This document shows, one piece after another, positions 1-13,400 of a DNA stretch of 64,000 nucleotides. Below the pieces are notes generated by a model. It made no database searches, was not told the origin of the DNA, and was given only the letters and a program-made list of their open reading frames with translations. How positions within the stretch are numbered: the first letter of the stretch is position 1; the number at the start of each line of letters is the position of its first letter. The position numbers were made by a program, and so were the translations under genes. Origin of the DNA: Cycas panzhihuaensis (taxonomy: Eukaryota > Plantae > Cycadophyta); contig CM041465.1 of assembly GCA_023213395.1 (NCBI GenBank), forward strand, positions 164,555,741-164,619,740, read 5' to 3'.

Positions 1-617
1 GGTTTTATGTAGGGTATTAAAACATACCTAAATTTCCATCACAAATTATCCATTAAGGCTATATCATGCACAACAAATTTTGGCCATAACATAGAACTCC
101 ATCACCACAAAATATAACAATTTATTTTTCATTTTTTTGTCACATTTTACAACTTCAAGAAGCCTTATTTCAAGCCTAACTATATGGATTGTGTATACAA
201 TGGAAAAGTCATACTATGGTCGTACAACTGTATACGTAGTTATGCAATCTATTTAGATCTTTTGTTGTATGGTTGTCATTTTAGATAGTTATATTTCTTA
301 TTATGACATTCATACAAACTACCATTATGGAAACTATATGCCTAAGTTTTGGCCATACGAACTGCAATTAATGTAGACAGACAATCAAGCCTATGCAATA
401 GCCATACGATCCCATTAACGTATCACGAACTTTACCCTTTGAATTCTGTAAATCAATAATGAGATTGAAATAGGAGCTTGATTTCACTAAGTTCTTCTTA
501 GGAAGATAAGTTCATGATTAGGTCTAGAATGAGAGTCACTCAATTTCATACCCCAACAAAAAACATTCCTATACGCATTGCCCCTAGCCCTAGGCTAGTC
601 CCATGGTTTGGATGAAC

Positions 618-842
618 TGAAGGAGTATGCAAAGGCATAAACAAATGAACTAAAGCACCGAACTCACAAGAAATAATCTTGTTTTATATTCAGTTTAAAT
701 GCCTTGTACATACATCTCACATGAATGATGAGACCACCACCCACTGACTTAATGAGGGTGCATGAAGAATCAAGAAAGGACATGTAAGTTAAAATGAATT
801 ACATGACAAGGACTTACATTATAGTTAAACAACTATTTTACA
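618..842 (-). repeat. Putative 3' LTR of the Copia fragment (left boundary uncertain)
   Basis: Starts TGTAAAATAG directly after the PPT on the minus strand. No second copy in the window to fix the far end. Confidence 0.45.
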
Positions 843-2704
843 CCCCCTCATAATCCATTTTCTCTTACAAGAAGAAGCTTTTTGAACTTTTTAAATTCCT
901 CATAGCTTAAAGCCTTAGCAAGAATATCAACAACTTGAGACCAATTCTATTGTTCTACATTGCACTTGTTCTTGAACAAAGTAATGATGAATTTCAATAT
1001 GTTTTGTCCTTGCATGGAAGACAGGATTCTCAGATAGTTGAATTGTGCTCTAACTGTCACAAAACAACGGTGTAGGATCAATTTGCTCAAGTCCAAAATG
1101 GCCAAGAAGTCTTCTAAGCCAAATTGCTTTTGAGGTAGATAAGACAACTGCTTTGTATTCAACTTCAGTTGATGATAGAGAAACAATGGCTTGTTTCTTA
1201 CTACACCAAGAAACTACTCTTGAGCTTAGAGTGAACACATCCTGATGTACAGTTTCTATCATTTATGTCTCCACCCCAATCAGAGTCAATAAAACTTTGT
1301 AACTTGAACTTATCAGATTTTGAAAACATAGGTCCAAACTTGATACTGTTTCTAACATACCTCAATATACACTTTGTTGCTTTCTAATGAGAAACAAATG
1401 GAGAACTCATAATTCGTGATACAACTCCAACAATATAGCAAATATTAGGTCTTATGGTAGTTAAGTAGATAAGACTACCTACCAATTGCTTGTATAATGT
1501 TGTATCAATAGTCTTGCTGCCATCCTCTTTGGAAAGTTTGATACCAACTTCAAGAGGAGTTGCCATTGGCTTGAATTCCTCCAAATGAAACTGTCACAGT
1601 AAATTATGAGCATATTTTAACTAAAACACAAAGATGTCATTTTCTTTCTGTCAAATTTCCAGACCAAGGTAGTAGTACAAGAGACCAAGATCTATCATCT
1701 CAAACACTTTGCTAAGCTACCTTTTTAGAGTTTTAATATTCAAAGTATCACTTCTTGTAATGATAAGATCATTGACATAAAAAAGAACTATGAGTATTTC
1801 ATCATTCTCATTCTTTAGGCACAAACTATGATCAGATTCACACTTGATGAATCCAAGTGAGAATAAGCAATCATCAATGCATGAATACCATGCCCGTGGT
1901 GCTTGTTTAAGCCCATAAAGACCTTTCTTCAATTTATAGACAAAATGCTCTTTTCTGACTTGCATAAAACCTTCAGGTTGATCCATATACACTTCTTCAT
2001 CAAGAATGCCATTAAAGAAAGCAGTCTTCACATCCATCTGGTGCAACTTCCAACCAAAACAAGATGCAAGACCAATGAGCATTCAAATGGTCGTCATCTT
2101 TGCTATAGAAACAAAGTTTCTTCAAAATCCACTCTTGAAGTTGTGTATATCCTTTGGCCACAAGTCAAGCTTTATACTTGTCAATTTCACCATTAGATTG
2201 ATGTTTCACCCTATAAATCCATCTGCAACCAATAGTCATTTTGTTTCTAAGAAGTTCAACAAGATCCTAAGTTTCGTTTTTAAGGATGGAATTATACTTG
2301 TCCTTCATAGCATTTTGCCAATGAATAGAATCTTTAGCTTCATTATATGGCTGAAGCTCATTAGTGCTTAAGATATTAGACAATAGAGCAAAATTTACTC
2401 CACTTTTTGTCTTAATACCTTCATCAATATCCAAGTCTTCAACATGGAAGTCCTTTACAGTTTGCAGATACCATTTTGATAACTTCCTTTCAGAACAAGG
2501 AAGAGAAGAAGAGGATTGAAGTTCCTTTAGTACAATCTCAAGAGCATGAATGTCTTCTGCAGCTTCATTGTTATCATTAGAAGTTATGTTTTCAATAGGT
2601 TCAAGAAGTTCATCGAAGAGGACATCTTTGCTAATCACCATCTTCTTTTCTATTGGATTCCATAGCCTATATGCTTTGGATGTTTTACAATATCCAACAA
2701 ACAT
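843..2704 (-). pseudogene. Ty1/Copia pol 3' fragment (integrase C-terminus, RT, RNase H), degenerate, 5'-truncated
   Basis: ORF pieces MFVGYCKTSKAYRLWNP, LHQMDVKTAFFNG...LYGLKQAPRAWY, YKQLVGSLIYLTTIRP and SWCSKKQAIVSLSSTEVEY. PPT ATGAGGGGG (843-851, minus) abuts TG at 842. Confidence 0.93.
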
Positions 2705-5700
2705 GCACGGTTTGAGACATATAAAACAAGGTTGTAGCCATAGGATTTAGAGAGAATAATATGTACAAATTACAAGGATACTCTTATGTACGGAGAGCAT
2801 TCCTTGTTGTATCACCCAAACAAAATTTATGGTATGAAAGAATGGGTCATTTGAATTACTCCACTCTCCAATTGATACATAAATTGAAAATGATGCATGG
2901 TTTTCCTATGATTAATAATAATGGTTGTTTATGTAAACCTTGTATATTTGGCAAGTAGTGTGGAGAACCATTTCCAAAGAAGAAAGCATGGAGAGCAAAA
3001 GAAAAATTAGGATTGGTTCACTCAGACATTTGTGGACCAATGCTTGTTGTCTCGCTAGGTGGAGCAAGATATTTCATCACTTTCATTGATGACTTTTCAA
3101 GGAATGTCTAGGTTTTTCAACTAAGGAAAGAATCACAAGCCTTCACAAAATCAAGGTCCTAGGAATTGGCAATGATGGAGAGTACATTTCAAATGAATTC
3201 ACCTAGTTCTACAAGGATCATGGAATTCAAAGGTAGTTTGCTACTACCTATATGCCTCAACAGAATGGAATTGTTGAGCAGATGAACAAAACTTTGGTTG
3301 AAAATGTCAAAGCAATGATGAAAGGCAAGCATGTTACAAATTTCTTATAAGCGAAAGTTGTGAACACAACAACATATATGGCAAATAGAAGCAATACAAG
3401 GGTTGTTAGGAACATAAACCCTGAGGAATCTTGGTCAAGTAGGAAACTAATTGTAAGTCATCTGAGAATCTTTGGATGTAATGCATACATGCTTATTCCA
3501 AAATAGAAACAACAAAAGGTGGAAGACGAAAGCACGAAGTGCATCCATGTTGGATACTCTGAGGAAAGCAAAGCATACAAAGTATACGAGTTGTCAACTC
3601 AAAAAGTTCATACAAACTGTAATGTTATTTTTCAAAAAGATAAGACTCAAGATGTTAGCTCAATTGAGGTTGAGGATCAAGTAGAGGAGCCACTTGAATG
3701 CAATACTTCACGTAATATTATTTAACTTGAATATGAGTCATTTGATATAGATGAAGAAGTCTAATTGGAATCCTTTCAGTTTCTAGAAGCGGAATTTGAG
3801 CAGACGCCAAAGAAAGGGTTGAAACCAAACCTAGAGCCAAAGCCATAGAAACGGTCTGATCCTTCACCCTCATCTTCAAAGAAGAAGCTTCTGAAATAGC
3901 ATATGAAAACTATGGAGGATGCTAAGAAATTGTTACCTGATTATGAGAGAGATCGAAAATAAAAAATGTGACCTTCTAAACAGGTGAATATAGCTCATGG
4001 CACGTGTTTTAAATGCAAATGAACCATCTACACTGGAAGTAGTCAAAGAGCAAAAGTTGATTTGTGTTATGGAGACTGAAATTCAAGTTGTCAGAAAGAA
4101 CCAAACATGTGATTTGGTCAAATTGCCTGCTGACAAGAATGCAATTGGATCTACAGGAAGAAGTTCAAATTAGGTGGATCTATAGACAAATACAAAGCTC
4201 AACTTGTAGCAAAAGGTTGCAAGCAATAAGAACGGATCAATGACCAAGAAAGATTTGCTCATGTTGCAAAGATAAATACCATTCGTCTCATTATGGTGAT
4301 AGTTGCTCAATTCAATTAGCAACTACACCAGATGCACGTGAAGAACACATTTTTGAATGGGGATTTAAACGAAGAAGTCTACATGGAGCAACCACCTAGA
4401 TTTGTTGAAAAAGGTCATGAGCACTTGGTATGCTGATTCAGAATGCCCTTGTATGACCTTAAATAGATTCTTGAAGCTTGGTATGAAAAGATTGATCAGT
4501 ACTTTCTAAAGAATGGATTTGAAAGATTTTCAACTGACTCAAATCTATACATCAAATTAGAGAATGATAAAATCATATTTGTGGTGTTATAGGTTGATGA
4601 TCTACTAATCACAGGTAATGATATCAATATGATATTAAATTTAAAAGCAAACTTACTCATTTCTTTGAGATGATGGATCTAGGACTATTACACTACTTCT
4701 TTGGTGTGGAAGTATGGAAAAGGCCTAAACATGTCTTCATCTCACAGGTGAAGTGCACCTAGAAAATTCTAAAGAAATTCAGAATGGAGACAGGTTCCTG
4801 ATTAACAATATAACATGGTAGAGCAGATGTTGACTCAACGTTGTACAGGAAACTAGTGAGAAGTCTAATATAACTGATTACTACTAATTCTGATATATCT
4901 TTTACAGTTGGAATGGTGTCAAGATTTATGGTAGTGCCAAAACAGAGTCACTAGAAAGGTGCAAAAAGAATTCTCAAATATTTGAAAGTGACAATTCGAT
5001 ATGGACTTAAATTCTATCATAATGATAATTTCAAGTTGACAAGATTTACAGATTCTGATTGAGTTGAATGTGTAGATAGCAGAAGGTCAACTTCCAGATA
5101 CTATTTTAGTTTGGGATCAACTGCCATCACATGGAGCAGTAAAAAACAATCAAATGATGCTTTATCCTTGACTGAAGCAGAGTACAAGGTTGCAATTGTA
5201 GCAGCTACTGAAGCCATTTGGTTACTATAGATTCTGGAGGACATGGAACTACCACAATTAGAACCATCTTGTACTGTCACAATCAAAGTACTTTGAAGAT
5301 TGTGAAAAATCATGTATTCCACGCTCACACCAAATGCGTTGAGGTACACCATCATTTCATTCGAGAATTGATTCAAAAGGGTGTGATTGAGATGGTTTAT
5401 AGGCCGATAAAAAAACATCTGGATGGCATCTTCACCAAACCACTAGCACGTGTCAGATTCTAGACTTTCAGGGATGGTTTAGGTGTCACATACAATGAAA
5501 TAAACATTAAGGGCGAGTGTTGACATTAATGTTTATTTGTGGTTCATAACTTTGGTTATGAGCCTCCCCTTTAAAGTTTTTTATTATATTAGATTTAGAC
5601 TTATTTTATTGTTATGTGAGTGTGAGTCATTAGGGGTTACAACTCTCACATCACAGGTGTCCATTAGATAGGATTAAAATTTTGTTTTAGTCATGTATTT

Positions 5701-5850
5701 ATATACATATAATGCATTGTAAAAATTTAATGAGAGATGATTATGTCTAAGATTTTATCAATAGTGTGAAATCAATCTTCATGTCAATTGGTAGTTAATC
5801 CTTTCATTTTAGGTTCTCCATTTCTGTTATTCAAATTTAACAGCTCTATA
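2705..5850 (+). mobile_element. 5'-truncated Ty1/Copia element (GAG-pre-integrase, integrase, RT, RNase H, PPT, 3' LTR), heavily degenerate
   Basis: LWYERMGHLN...[34 protein letters not shown] and HAHTKCVEVHHHFIRE with many stops. PPT AAGGGCGAG ends at 5517. Confidence 0.92.
5518..5850 (+). repeat. 3' LTR of the truncated Copia (333 bp, TG...TA, terminal CA mutated)
   Basis: Colinear with the solo LTR 6615-6945 (TGTTGACATTAATG...TTTAACAG(C/T)TCTA(T/C)A). Confidence 0.88.
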
Positions 5851-5857
5851 GTCTCAC

Positions 5858-6986
5858 TGTTGGGGTAAAACCTAATACTTGGGTGATTTTGGACAATGGA
5901 AACATAGGAATACATGTTTATCCTAACTTGAGGAATGTAGGAATGTATCAACAAAGAGACGTATAGTGGAACGCATGTCAGAAAGTACCAAAAAAGGCCA
6001 AAACAAAGCTCTCAAGGAACGCATAACAAGTTGTATTTTAGAATGAAACACAACACAGTCTAAAACGCATACATAATACACAATGAGGAACATACGGAAC
6101 GCACGCCCAAATCGAAGCCATACATTCTAGAGATGCTAACATCATCCTTAGTGTTATGGCCACACAGATAGGAAAAGGTGTTAAAATGCATAATAAATGT
6201 GTATTAAGTGGAAAGGTGTAATTCATCATAAAAATGTATGGTTGTGACCAAAAGTCACAACTGTTCCTCAAAAGGGCACGTATATTGTATTTATTGTTCA
6301 ATCGACCACCATTTTGGTGTGAAAGCCGAGTATTTTGGATTGTATGTCATGTTTTGTACGGAACACATATAAAATGGTTCCTGAAAGTGATGTAAAACCA
6401 ATGAATATTGATATTGTTTAATGAAATAATGAATTACTTGGAAATACTATATATCTTATACATAATTGTGGTTGAGCTATGGATTTATATTGATATGATG
6501 GCATACTAATAATGTTATGATGATGATTCATTGTTATGATGTCTATGTGAGAAGTGATAACATGACTATGTTGACCAAGCCCTAACTAGACAACTAGGTA
6601 GTGACCCTCTTGACTGTTGACATTAATGTTTATTTGTGGCTCATACGTTTGGGTCATGAGCTTTCCCTTTAACATTTTGTATTATATTAGATTTAGGTTA
6701 TTTTATTGTTAGGTGAGTGATGAGTCATTCGGGGTTACAACTTTCACATCACGTGTCCATTAGATAAGATTTAGATTCTATTTTAATCGTGTATTTATGC
6801 ATGTACAATATATTGTAAAAATTTATGAGAGATGATTATGTTTGAAATTTTATCAATAGAGTGAATTTAATTTTCATATCAATTGGTGGTTAATCCTTTC
6901 ATTTTAGGTTCTCCATTCTTAATATTTAATTTTAACAGTTCTACATTGACAAGTATACTTTCATAGGGCAAAAGTAGAAGTCAACA
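5858..6986 (+). repeat. 5' LTR of Gypsy element 1 (interrupted by solo LTR 6615-6945)
   Basis: TGTTGGGG...AGAAGTCAACA. The end matches the LTR ends at 52941, 35439 and 59732 (reverse complement TGTTGACTT). Confidence 0.85.
6615..6945 (+). mobile_element. Copia solo LTR with 5-bp TSD TTGAC
   Basis: TG...CA termini. TTGAC at 6610-6614 and 6946-6950. Homologous to 5518-5850. Confidence 0.92.
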
Positions 6987-7001
6987 TTGGTTTTGTTGAC
7001 T
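6987..7001 (+). promoter_or_regulatory. Degenerate primer-binding site, probably tRNA-Asp type
   Basis: TTGGTTTTGTTGAC here and TCGGTTTCGTTGCC in element 2, versus the Athila-type TGGCGCCGTTGCC. Confidence 0.45.
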
Positions 7002-7126
7002 ATGTCCATTGAGGAGGAATTGGGCTGAAGTTTCGCCATACATATTATGTCCAAAGACCAAGGAACCTTGGTTGTCATCATGATGGCAGGCCATAACTAA
7101 GCCTTCGACAACTAGGGGACCTTCCA

Positions 7127-9920
7127 ATGCCACCAAAATGGTCTTCGAAGACAGAAGAGCCACCAAAATAGCTTTTGAATGCAAGAGAGCCACCGAAAAT
7201 ACCTTCGCCTAAGGGGATACTGGAATCAAGTAGACCAAGGACTTTAAGATGGTCTAAAGAGGCAAAATTGATAAGGGCTAGGAGGTTAAGCCTCAGTAAA
7301 AATAATGCAACTAACAGATAGTCTGTTGAAGGGTCTAAGGCAAACAGCGCCTAGACACCCCAAGGACAAGAAATTGAATGACATGAAGACCAAATGGTGA
7401 TAACAACTGCCCCAATGGAAACAAATATACTTGACCCGAAAGAGAAAGAAAAAGAGATTCCGAAACAAAAAGAAAATCCAAAAGAAAATGGTACTTCAGA
7501 GGAAGAATGCGAAACCCTAAGGAAGAAGGAAGGAATAAGGGTGGATTCTACTCTGAAGGACCTAATTGACCTTGAGAAAAAGGTGGAGGAAGGTCCCTCG
7601 ACATGTTAGGAGAATTATTTAACAAGATAGTTCTTTGAGGATTCGCCAAATTAGGAGTCTAAGAAATCATTTCTACTAGCAACACTGTTAAGAGTGCAGA
7701 TACTAGGAGTGCCAAAACTTATCCATTTAAAAACACCTTTTAAGAGTCCCTTGTCTGGAAGGGAGAGTGTTAGGAATACGCCTAGAATGCCACTAAAATC
7801 AAATATCGTGGAAGAGGAGGAGATACCTCTAAAATAGGAGACTATGCCATTTAAATCCCCAGAGAGAGAAATTTCACCACCTAGTACTCCAAAGTTGGAA
7901 AGTGTACCACCAAATTTGCTAAAAACAAATGATTCAAGGGAATTTGGCAAGTTGATCTTCAACAATATGTCAAATGCCATTGAGCATGTTTACCTCTTTC
8001 GGAAGTTGGTAAATGTGAATAGACTTATGGATCAAAGATGAAATTAAGGCTAGATTTGCATGCACATTGCAGGGAGTACCATTGGCATGGTACAAAGAGT
8101 TGGATAAAACAGAAACTTGAGAAAATGTTAAAAAGTAGTTTGAGAAGAGATTTCAAAAATTTTGTAGGAATGAAGCTATCAAAATTTCCTTAAAAGAAAT
8201 CAAGTAGAGACCTAGGGAATTAGTTTTAACTTATATAAGTCGCATGAAAATCATAATGACTAGCATGATGAATGAGAAAGTCATAGATCCTAATATGAAG
8301 AACTATTTTATCAAAGGGTTGAATAAAAAATTAAGGTCAATGATGCAAACACATTTGTTGGAATCTTTCAAAAATGCTCAAGAATGAACCCTAGATTTTG
8401 AGGCAGAAATGGATGCCCAAACATGAGATTATGATAAATTATTATTAAGATTACAAAAGGAATTGCGAAAAATAAAATAACAACACAATCTACCAATTCT
8501 ACAAGTGGAAAAAACAGAAGAGGAATCTTAGGTCGAAGCCCTTAGAAAAGAGGTGGCAAGATTGAAGATGGAAACTAAAAAAAGGAGAAAGAAGACAAAG
8601 GCAAAAAGAAGAAGGGAAAAGAATTTCAGATTGACAAGTGGTGTCATATCTACGACAAGGACTCACATTCCACAAAGGAATGAAAAGTTAACCCTAAAAA
8701 TAGTGCCATGAGAAAGTAAGGCGGGTGGTGCCAATTTTGCAACATGGGCAACCACAATATGTAGGATTGCTATTTTAATCCTAGGGAAAGAAGCTATAAA
8801 GGTAGAGGTAGAGGCAAAGGGGGTGACTCAACCAAGCACATGTATCCTACTAGAAACATGCCAAAAGCATCAAAGAAAAAGGCACCAATGGGGAGATGCC
8901 TAGCGTGCCTTGAGTTTGGCCATTGGAAGTCCGATTGCCCAATAGCCAAGGCACATGAGCAATGCCCATTTATATGTAGAGATTATGGTCTAGGAAACTG
9001 CCAGATAGAGGATTGCAAGGGGAAAACCAAAGGCACAAATCTGATGACCAAGTCCTCAAAACAAGCAAGAATGTTAAATTAGAAGAAAGGAGTAAGCGTA
9101 AGGGAAAAGAGAAGGTGGTAGATGATTATCCCAACCCTAAAGTAGAGATTGATCATTTTGAAGCTGCCAAGAGAACATTAGAAGAGGCTGCGAGAAAAGA
9201 AGAAAAGAACAAGAGAACAAGTTGTCGTGGGCAAACCAGTGAAGAAATACATTGAAGGATTACTAATGGAGGATATACCTTGGATGTTACTATTGATGGA
9301 AAACTTAATGGAGCAACTACAATTAACTATTCCATTGGAACAATTTATTGAATGGATCAAAATGGGCATTTTGCAACATACGGAATCCATAAAAAATCTA
9401 AGGAAAGCGATGCCCTCTTTCGACCTTGATCCCACAATTGCCATCACAGTTTTTGGTGAAATATTCCATGGTGTAATTGTTGACAGAGCCACAACAGTGA
9501 ATGTGTTACCTACAACAACATGCAGGAAGTTAGGTAGCCCTAAATTGGAAGCCACGACCTATTCATTAAATTTGACCAACAAATTCTTGGTCAAGCCAAT
9601 GGATAGGTTATTGAATGTGTATGTGGGAATAGCAAGTATTGTGGTATCCACAGATTTTGCCATAGTTGAGATAGTGAAAAGGATGGTGCCTTACCCAACA
9701 CTATTAGGACGTCCATGGTTGTACAAGACCAAATATCTCCAAAGTTGGAAAGATGTAACTTTCACACTAACAGACAATGGAAATGAAGTGATTCTCCCTA
9801 TGCTGGGAAAGGGGAAATATTCAGTCGACTTGGTTCCAGATAATGCCTCGAGCACAACAATCACCAATGATGAGACATCATTGCCATTTGAAGAAACAAA
9901 TTCATATCATACAATAGAAG
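7127..9920 (+). pseudogene. Gypsy 1 gag (basic N-terminus, capsid, 4 CCHC-like knuckles) and aspartic protease
   Basis: MPPK start shared with element 2. Capsid motif TLRGVPLAWYKELD..W..VKK.FEKRF (frameshifted), CLACLEFGHWKSDC, protease VIVDRATTVNVLP...LLGRPWL. Confidence 0.85.
7129..7205 (+). repeat. About three degenerate 30-bp tandem repeats (GCCACCAAAAT...) at the gag start
   Basis: GCCACC(A/G)AAA recurs at about 7129, 7159 and 7189. Confidence 0.6.
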
Positions 9921-10438
9921 TGTGAAAAAAGGGCATTAGGCCACATTAGTCCCAAGATCATAAGTGCAAGCACAATACTACAAATGCATGAAAGCATGAA
10001 ACATAAAGAACACAAAGAGAAATAGGAGCAAGAGAAAATGATATCCAATATGTGGAGTTGGAATTGGTCCAACCTACCAAGAAGAAACAATTTGATTAGC
10101 AAACTGATAGCATAACAATGCAACTCCAACTCTTATGTGAAACAATGAGGAGAGGTCTCATTATATAGGGTGAAATGAGAGACCTAAGGCCTTGGATGTT
10201 TGACAAGTGTCAAACATCCAAGATATGCTGCATGTTGGACATGTGTCCTTTTGGGCTCTCATGTGAGCAAAAGTGCATGAGGGTCCATTTGACCCTTTAG
10301 TGACAACGTTGTGTCACTAGAAAGAATGTGGGTGTGCACTTTATCACTTAAGTGATAAGTCACCCCTAAAGTAAAAGTGCATATATTACATGAAAAATAA
10401 AAGTACATTAACTTAACATTTAAACATAAGGTTTAACA
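9921..10438 (-). repeat. C1 3' LTR
   Basis: Starts TGTTAAAC on the minus strand after PPT AAGAAGGGGG (10439-10448). Confidence 0.95.
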
Positions 10439-10449
10439 CCCCCTTCTTT

Positions 10450-13400
10450 ACATTTACAATGTTAAGTCGGACACCAAGACCATCTCTGAATTTTACAAAC
10501 TTTTCTCTACCAAGAGGTTTGGTAAAGATGTCTGCTATCTGCTCCTCTGTGAGTCTGTCTTGGAGGTTGATCTCACCATTACGAACATGTTCTTTGATGA
10601 AGTGATGGTGAACCTCGTTGTTTTGTCCGCGCATGAAAGACTGGATTCTTAGCTAACTTGAGCACACTTTGATTGTCGCAATGTATCCTGGTAGGGTGAC
10701 CTTGCTCGAGTCCAAGTTCCCCAAGAATCTGTCGTGGTCAGATAGCCTCACAAGCTGCGCTGACTGCAGCTTTGTACTCTGCTTCGGTGGAGGACAAGGT
10801 AACATTGGGTTGCTTCTTGCAACTCCACGAAACAATCACGAACCAAGGGAAAACAGATCCCGAGGTTGATCTCCTACTATCCCGGCATCCCGCCCAATCG
10901 TAATCGAGAGAACCCTCCAAAGTGAAGCTCTCCTTATGTACATACTCAAGTCCAAGATGCAATGTTCCTTTGATATACTTGAGTATGCGTTTTGCTGCTT
11001 GCCAATGCTTCTGATTGGGTTGAGACATAAAGCGAGAGCAAATTCCAACTGCAAATGAGATGTCTGGACGAGTGTTGGTGAGATATATCAAGCTACCAAT
11101 CAACTGTCGATAAAGAGTGGAATCTGCTGGTTCAGCTTCCTCATTAAGAGAAAGCTTGGTGTCGTTCTCCATGGGTGTAGGTGCCGTCTTGTAGTCGTGC
11201 ATCCTGAATCTCTGCAAGATGTCCCAAGAATATTTTGCTTGGGAAATGAAGATATAGCTCGTCACGCCATACCTCAAAGCCTAGGAAATAATGGAGAAGT
11301 CCAAGATCACCATCTCAAAACTTCTCTTCAAATCATCACGGAGAACAGTGATGAGCTTAGTGTCATCACCCGTGATCACTAAGTCATCTACATACAAGGC
11401 AATATAAATGACATGGTGATGTTCATGTTTGATATACAAGTTTGGATCAGATGTGGATCGATGAAACCCATGTCTTAAAAAGTATTCATCGATTTTTGCG
11501 TACCATGCCCTAGGAGCTTGTTTCAAGCCATACAAAGCCTTCTTGAGGTGACATACCAAATGCTCCTTGCCTTGTTCCTTGTAACCAGGAGGTTGCTCCA
11601 AGTATACCTCCTCTTGAAGATCGCTGAGGAAGGCGCTCTTCACGTCCATCGATATACTGACCCATTTGCATTGGGCGCCTAAGGCCAAGAGAAGTCTCGA
11701 TGGTGTTCATGTTTGCTCTGGTGCAAAGGTCTCCTCGTAATCAATTCCTTCTTTTGTTTGAACCCCTTTGCTACAAGTCTTGCTTGCTGTCGCTTGAGTG
11801 TCCCATCAGAATGGAATTTGGTCTTGTAGACCCATTTACAGCGATTACTGTTTGTGTGGAGACAATTCGACCAAGTCCCAAGTACCATTCTTGTGAATGG
11901 ATTGAATCTCCTCATCCATGGCGCTTTCCAACTATCACTTTGTGAAGCCTCTGCAAGGTAGTAGGCTCATCAATAGAAAGCACTTGACCATAAGTGCAAA
12001 GTTTGTTTGTCACTTGATACTTTGATGGACGTTTCCCTTCAATGATATGACCATCCTGTACCGTTTGAGTGTACCACTTAGGTAACTTCTGAAATGATGT
12101 GGCATGAACCTCAATATCTTCTGGTCTAAGTGTATGAGTAGTAGAAGATGAAGTGGAAGGTTCAAGTGGAGTAGATGAAGATGAAGTAGATGGTACAGAA
12201 GGTGCAGATGAAGAACATGGTGTGTAAGATTGAGGGGAAGGAAGGCCTCAACAATCTTTTTCCCTTTGTCAATGGGGGTTGGATTGATGCCATATCCAAC
12301 TCTTTTGATCATCCTCAACAAAGATTACATCTCTTGAGAGATGCATTTTTCTCCCAAGCTGGATCATACAACTTGTAGGCTTTGCTATGGATTGCATATC
12401 CTACGAAGATGCATTTGAGGCTATGTTTGTCCAACTTTGTTCTTTGTTGATCCGGTATGTGCATATACGCAGACACCCGATCCTCAAATGGTGATAGTTG
12501 GCTTCTTACTGCACCATGCCTCCTCGTGTGTGATATTGGTGACTTTGTTGTAGGACTTGATTGGCCACATAGGCAACAGTATGAAATGCTTCGCCCAAGA
12601 AGCTCTTGGAAGCCCTTTTGCATGCATCATTGTTTTGGCTTTATTAGCCAAAGTTCTATTCATCCTCTCGGAGACTCCATTTCTTTGAGGAGTATGAGGA
12701 GTGAGTTGTCTCAATTCCATTATCCTTGCAAAATTGGTTGAATTCATTTGAAGTGAATTCACCTCCATTATCGACCTTAATGTGCCAATTGAGTAGCGAT
12801 TCATTTTCTACTTCCGCCTTGAACTCTTTGAACTTGGAGAAGGCTTGATTTTTGCTTTAGGAAGTAGACCCAGACTTTGTGAGAGAAGTCATCAATAAAA
12901 GATATGTAGTACAATGCTCCTCCAAAGGATTGGGTGGACATGGGTCCACACAAGTCTGAGCGAACTAATTGCAAAGGATAAGATGCACGCCATGCTTTGC
13001 CTTCAGGAAAAGGCAGTCGATGTTGTGTCCCCATTATGCAAGCTTCGCAAAGACATTTTGAACCATACATCTTTGGAAGCCCATACACCATGCTTTTGTT
13101 TATCATCAGCTTCAGATTGTCTAGGCTTAAATGTCATAGACGTTGATGCCATAACTGAATTTTTGACAAAGATGTGGAACCAGAGTAAGCAGAATCAAGA
13201 GTAATGTTATTGGCATCCAACTTGAAAAGACCTTGATCCTCATAGGCTACGATCTGATCATCTTTGTCACAAATGATACATTTCCCATTTTTAAATAGTA
13301 CGCTCATGTGTTGCTTGTTCAACTGGCTAACATATAGCAGGTTCTTCTCCATAGAAGGAATGAAGCAGGCATCACTGTTGGGAAATGATGAGGAAGGATT

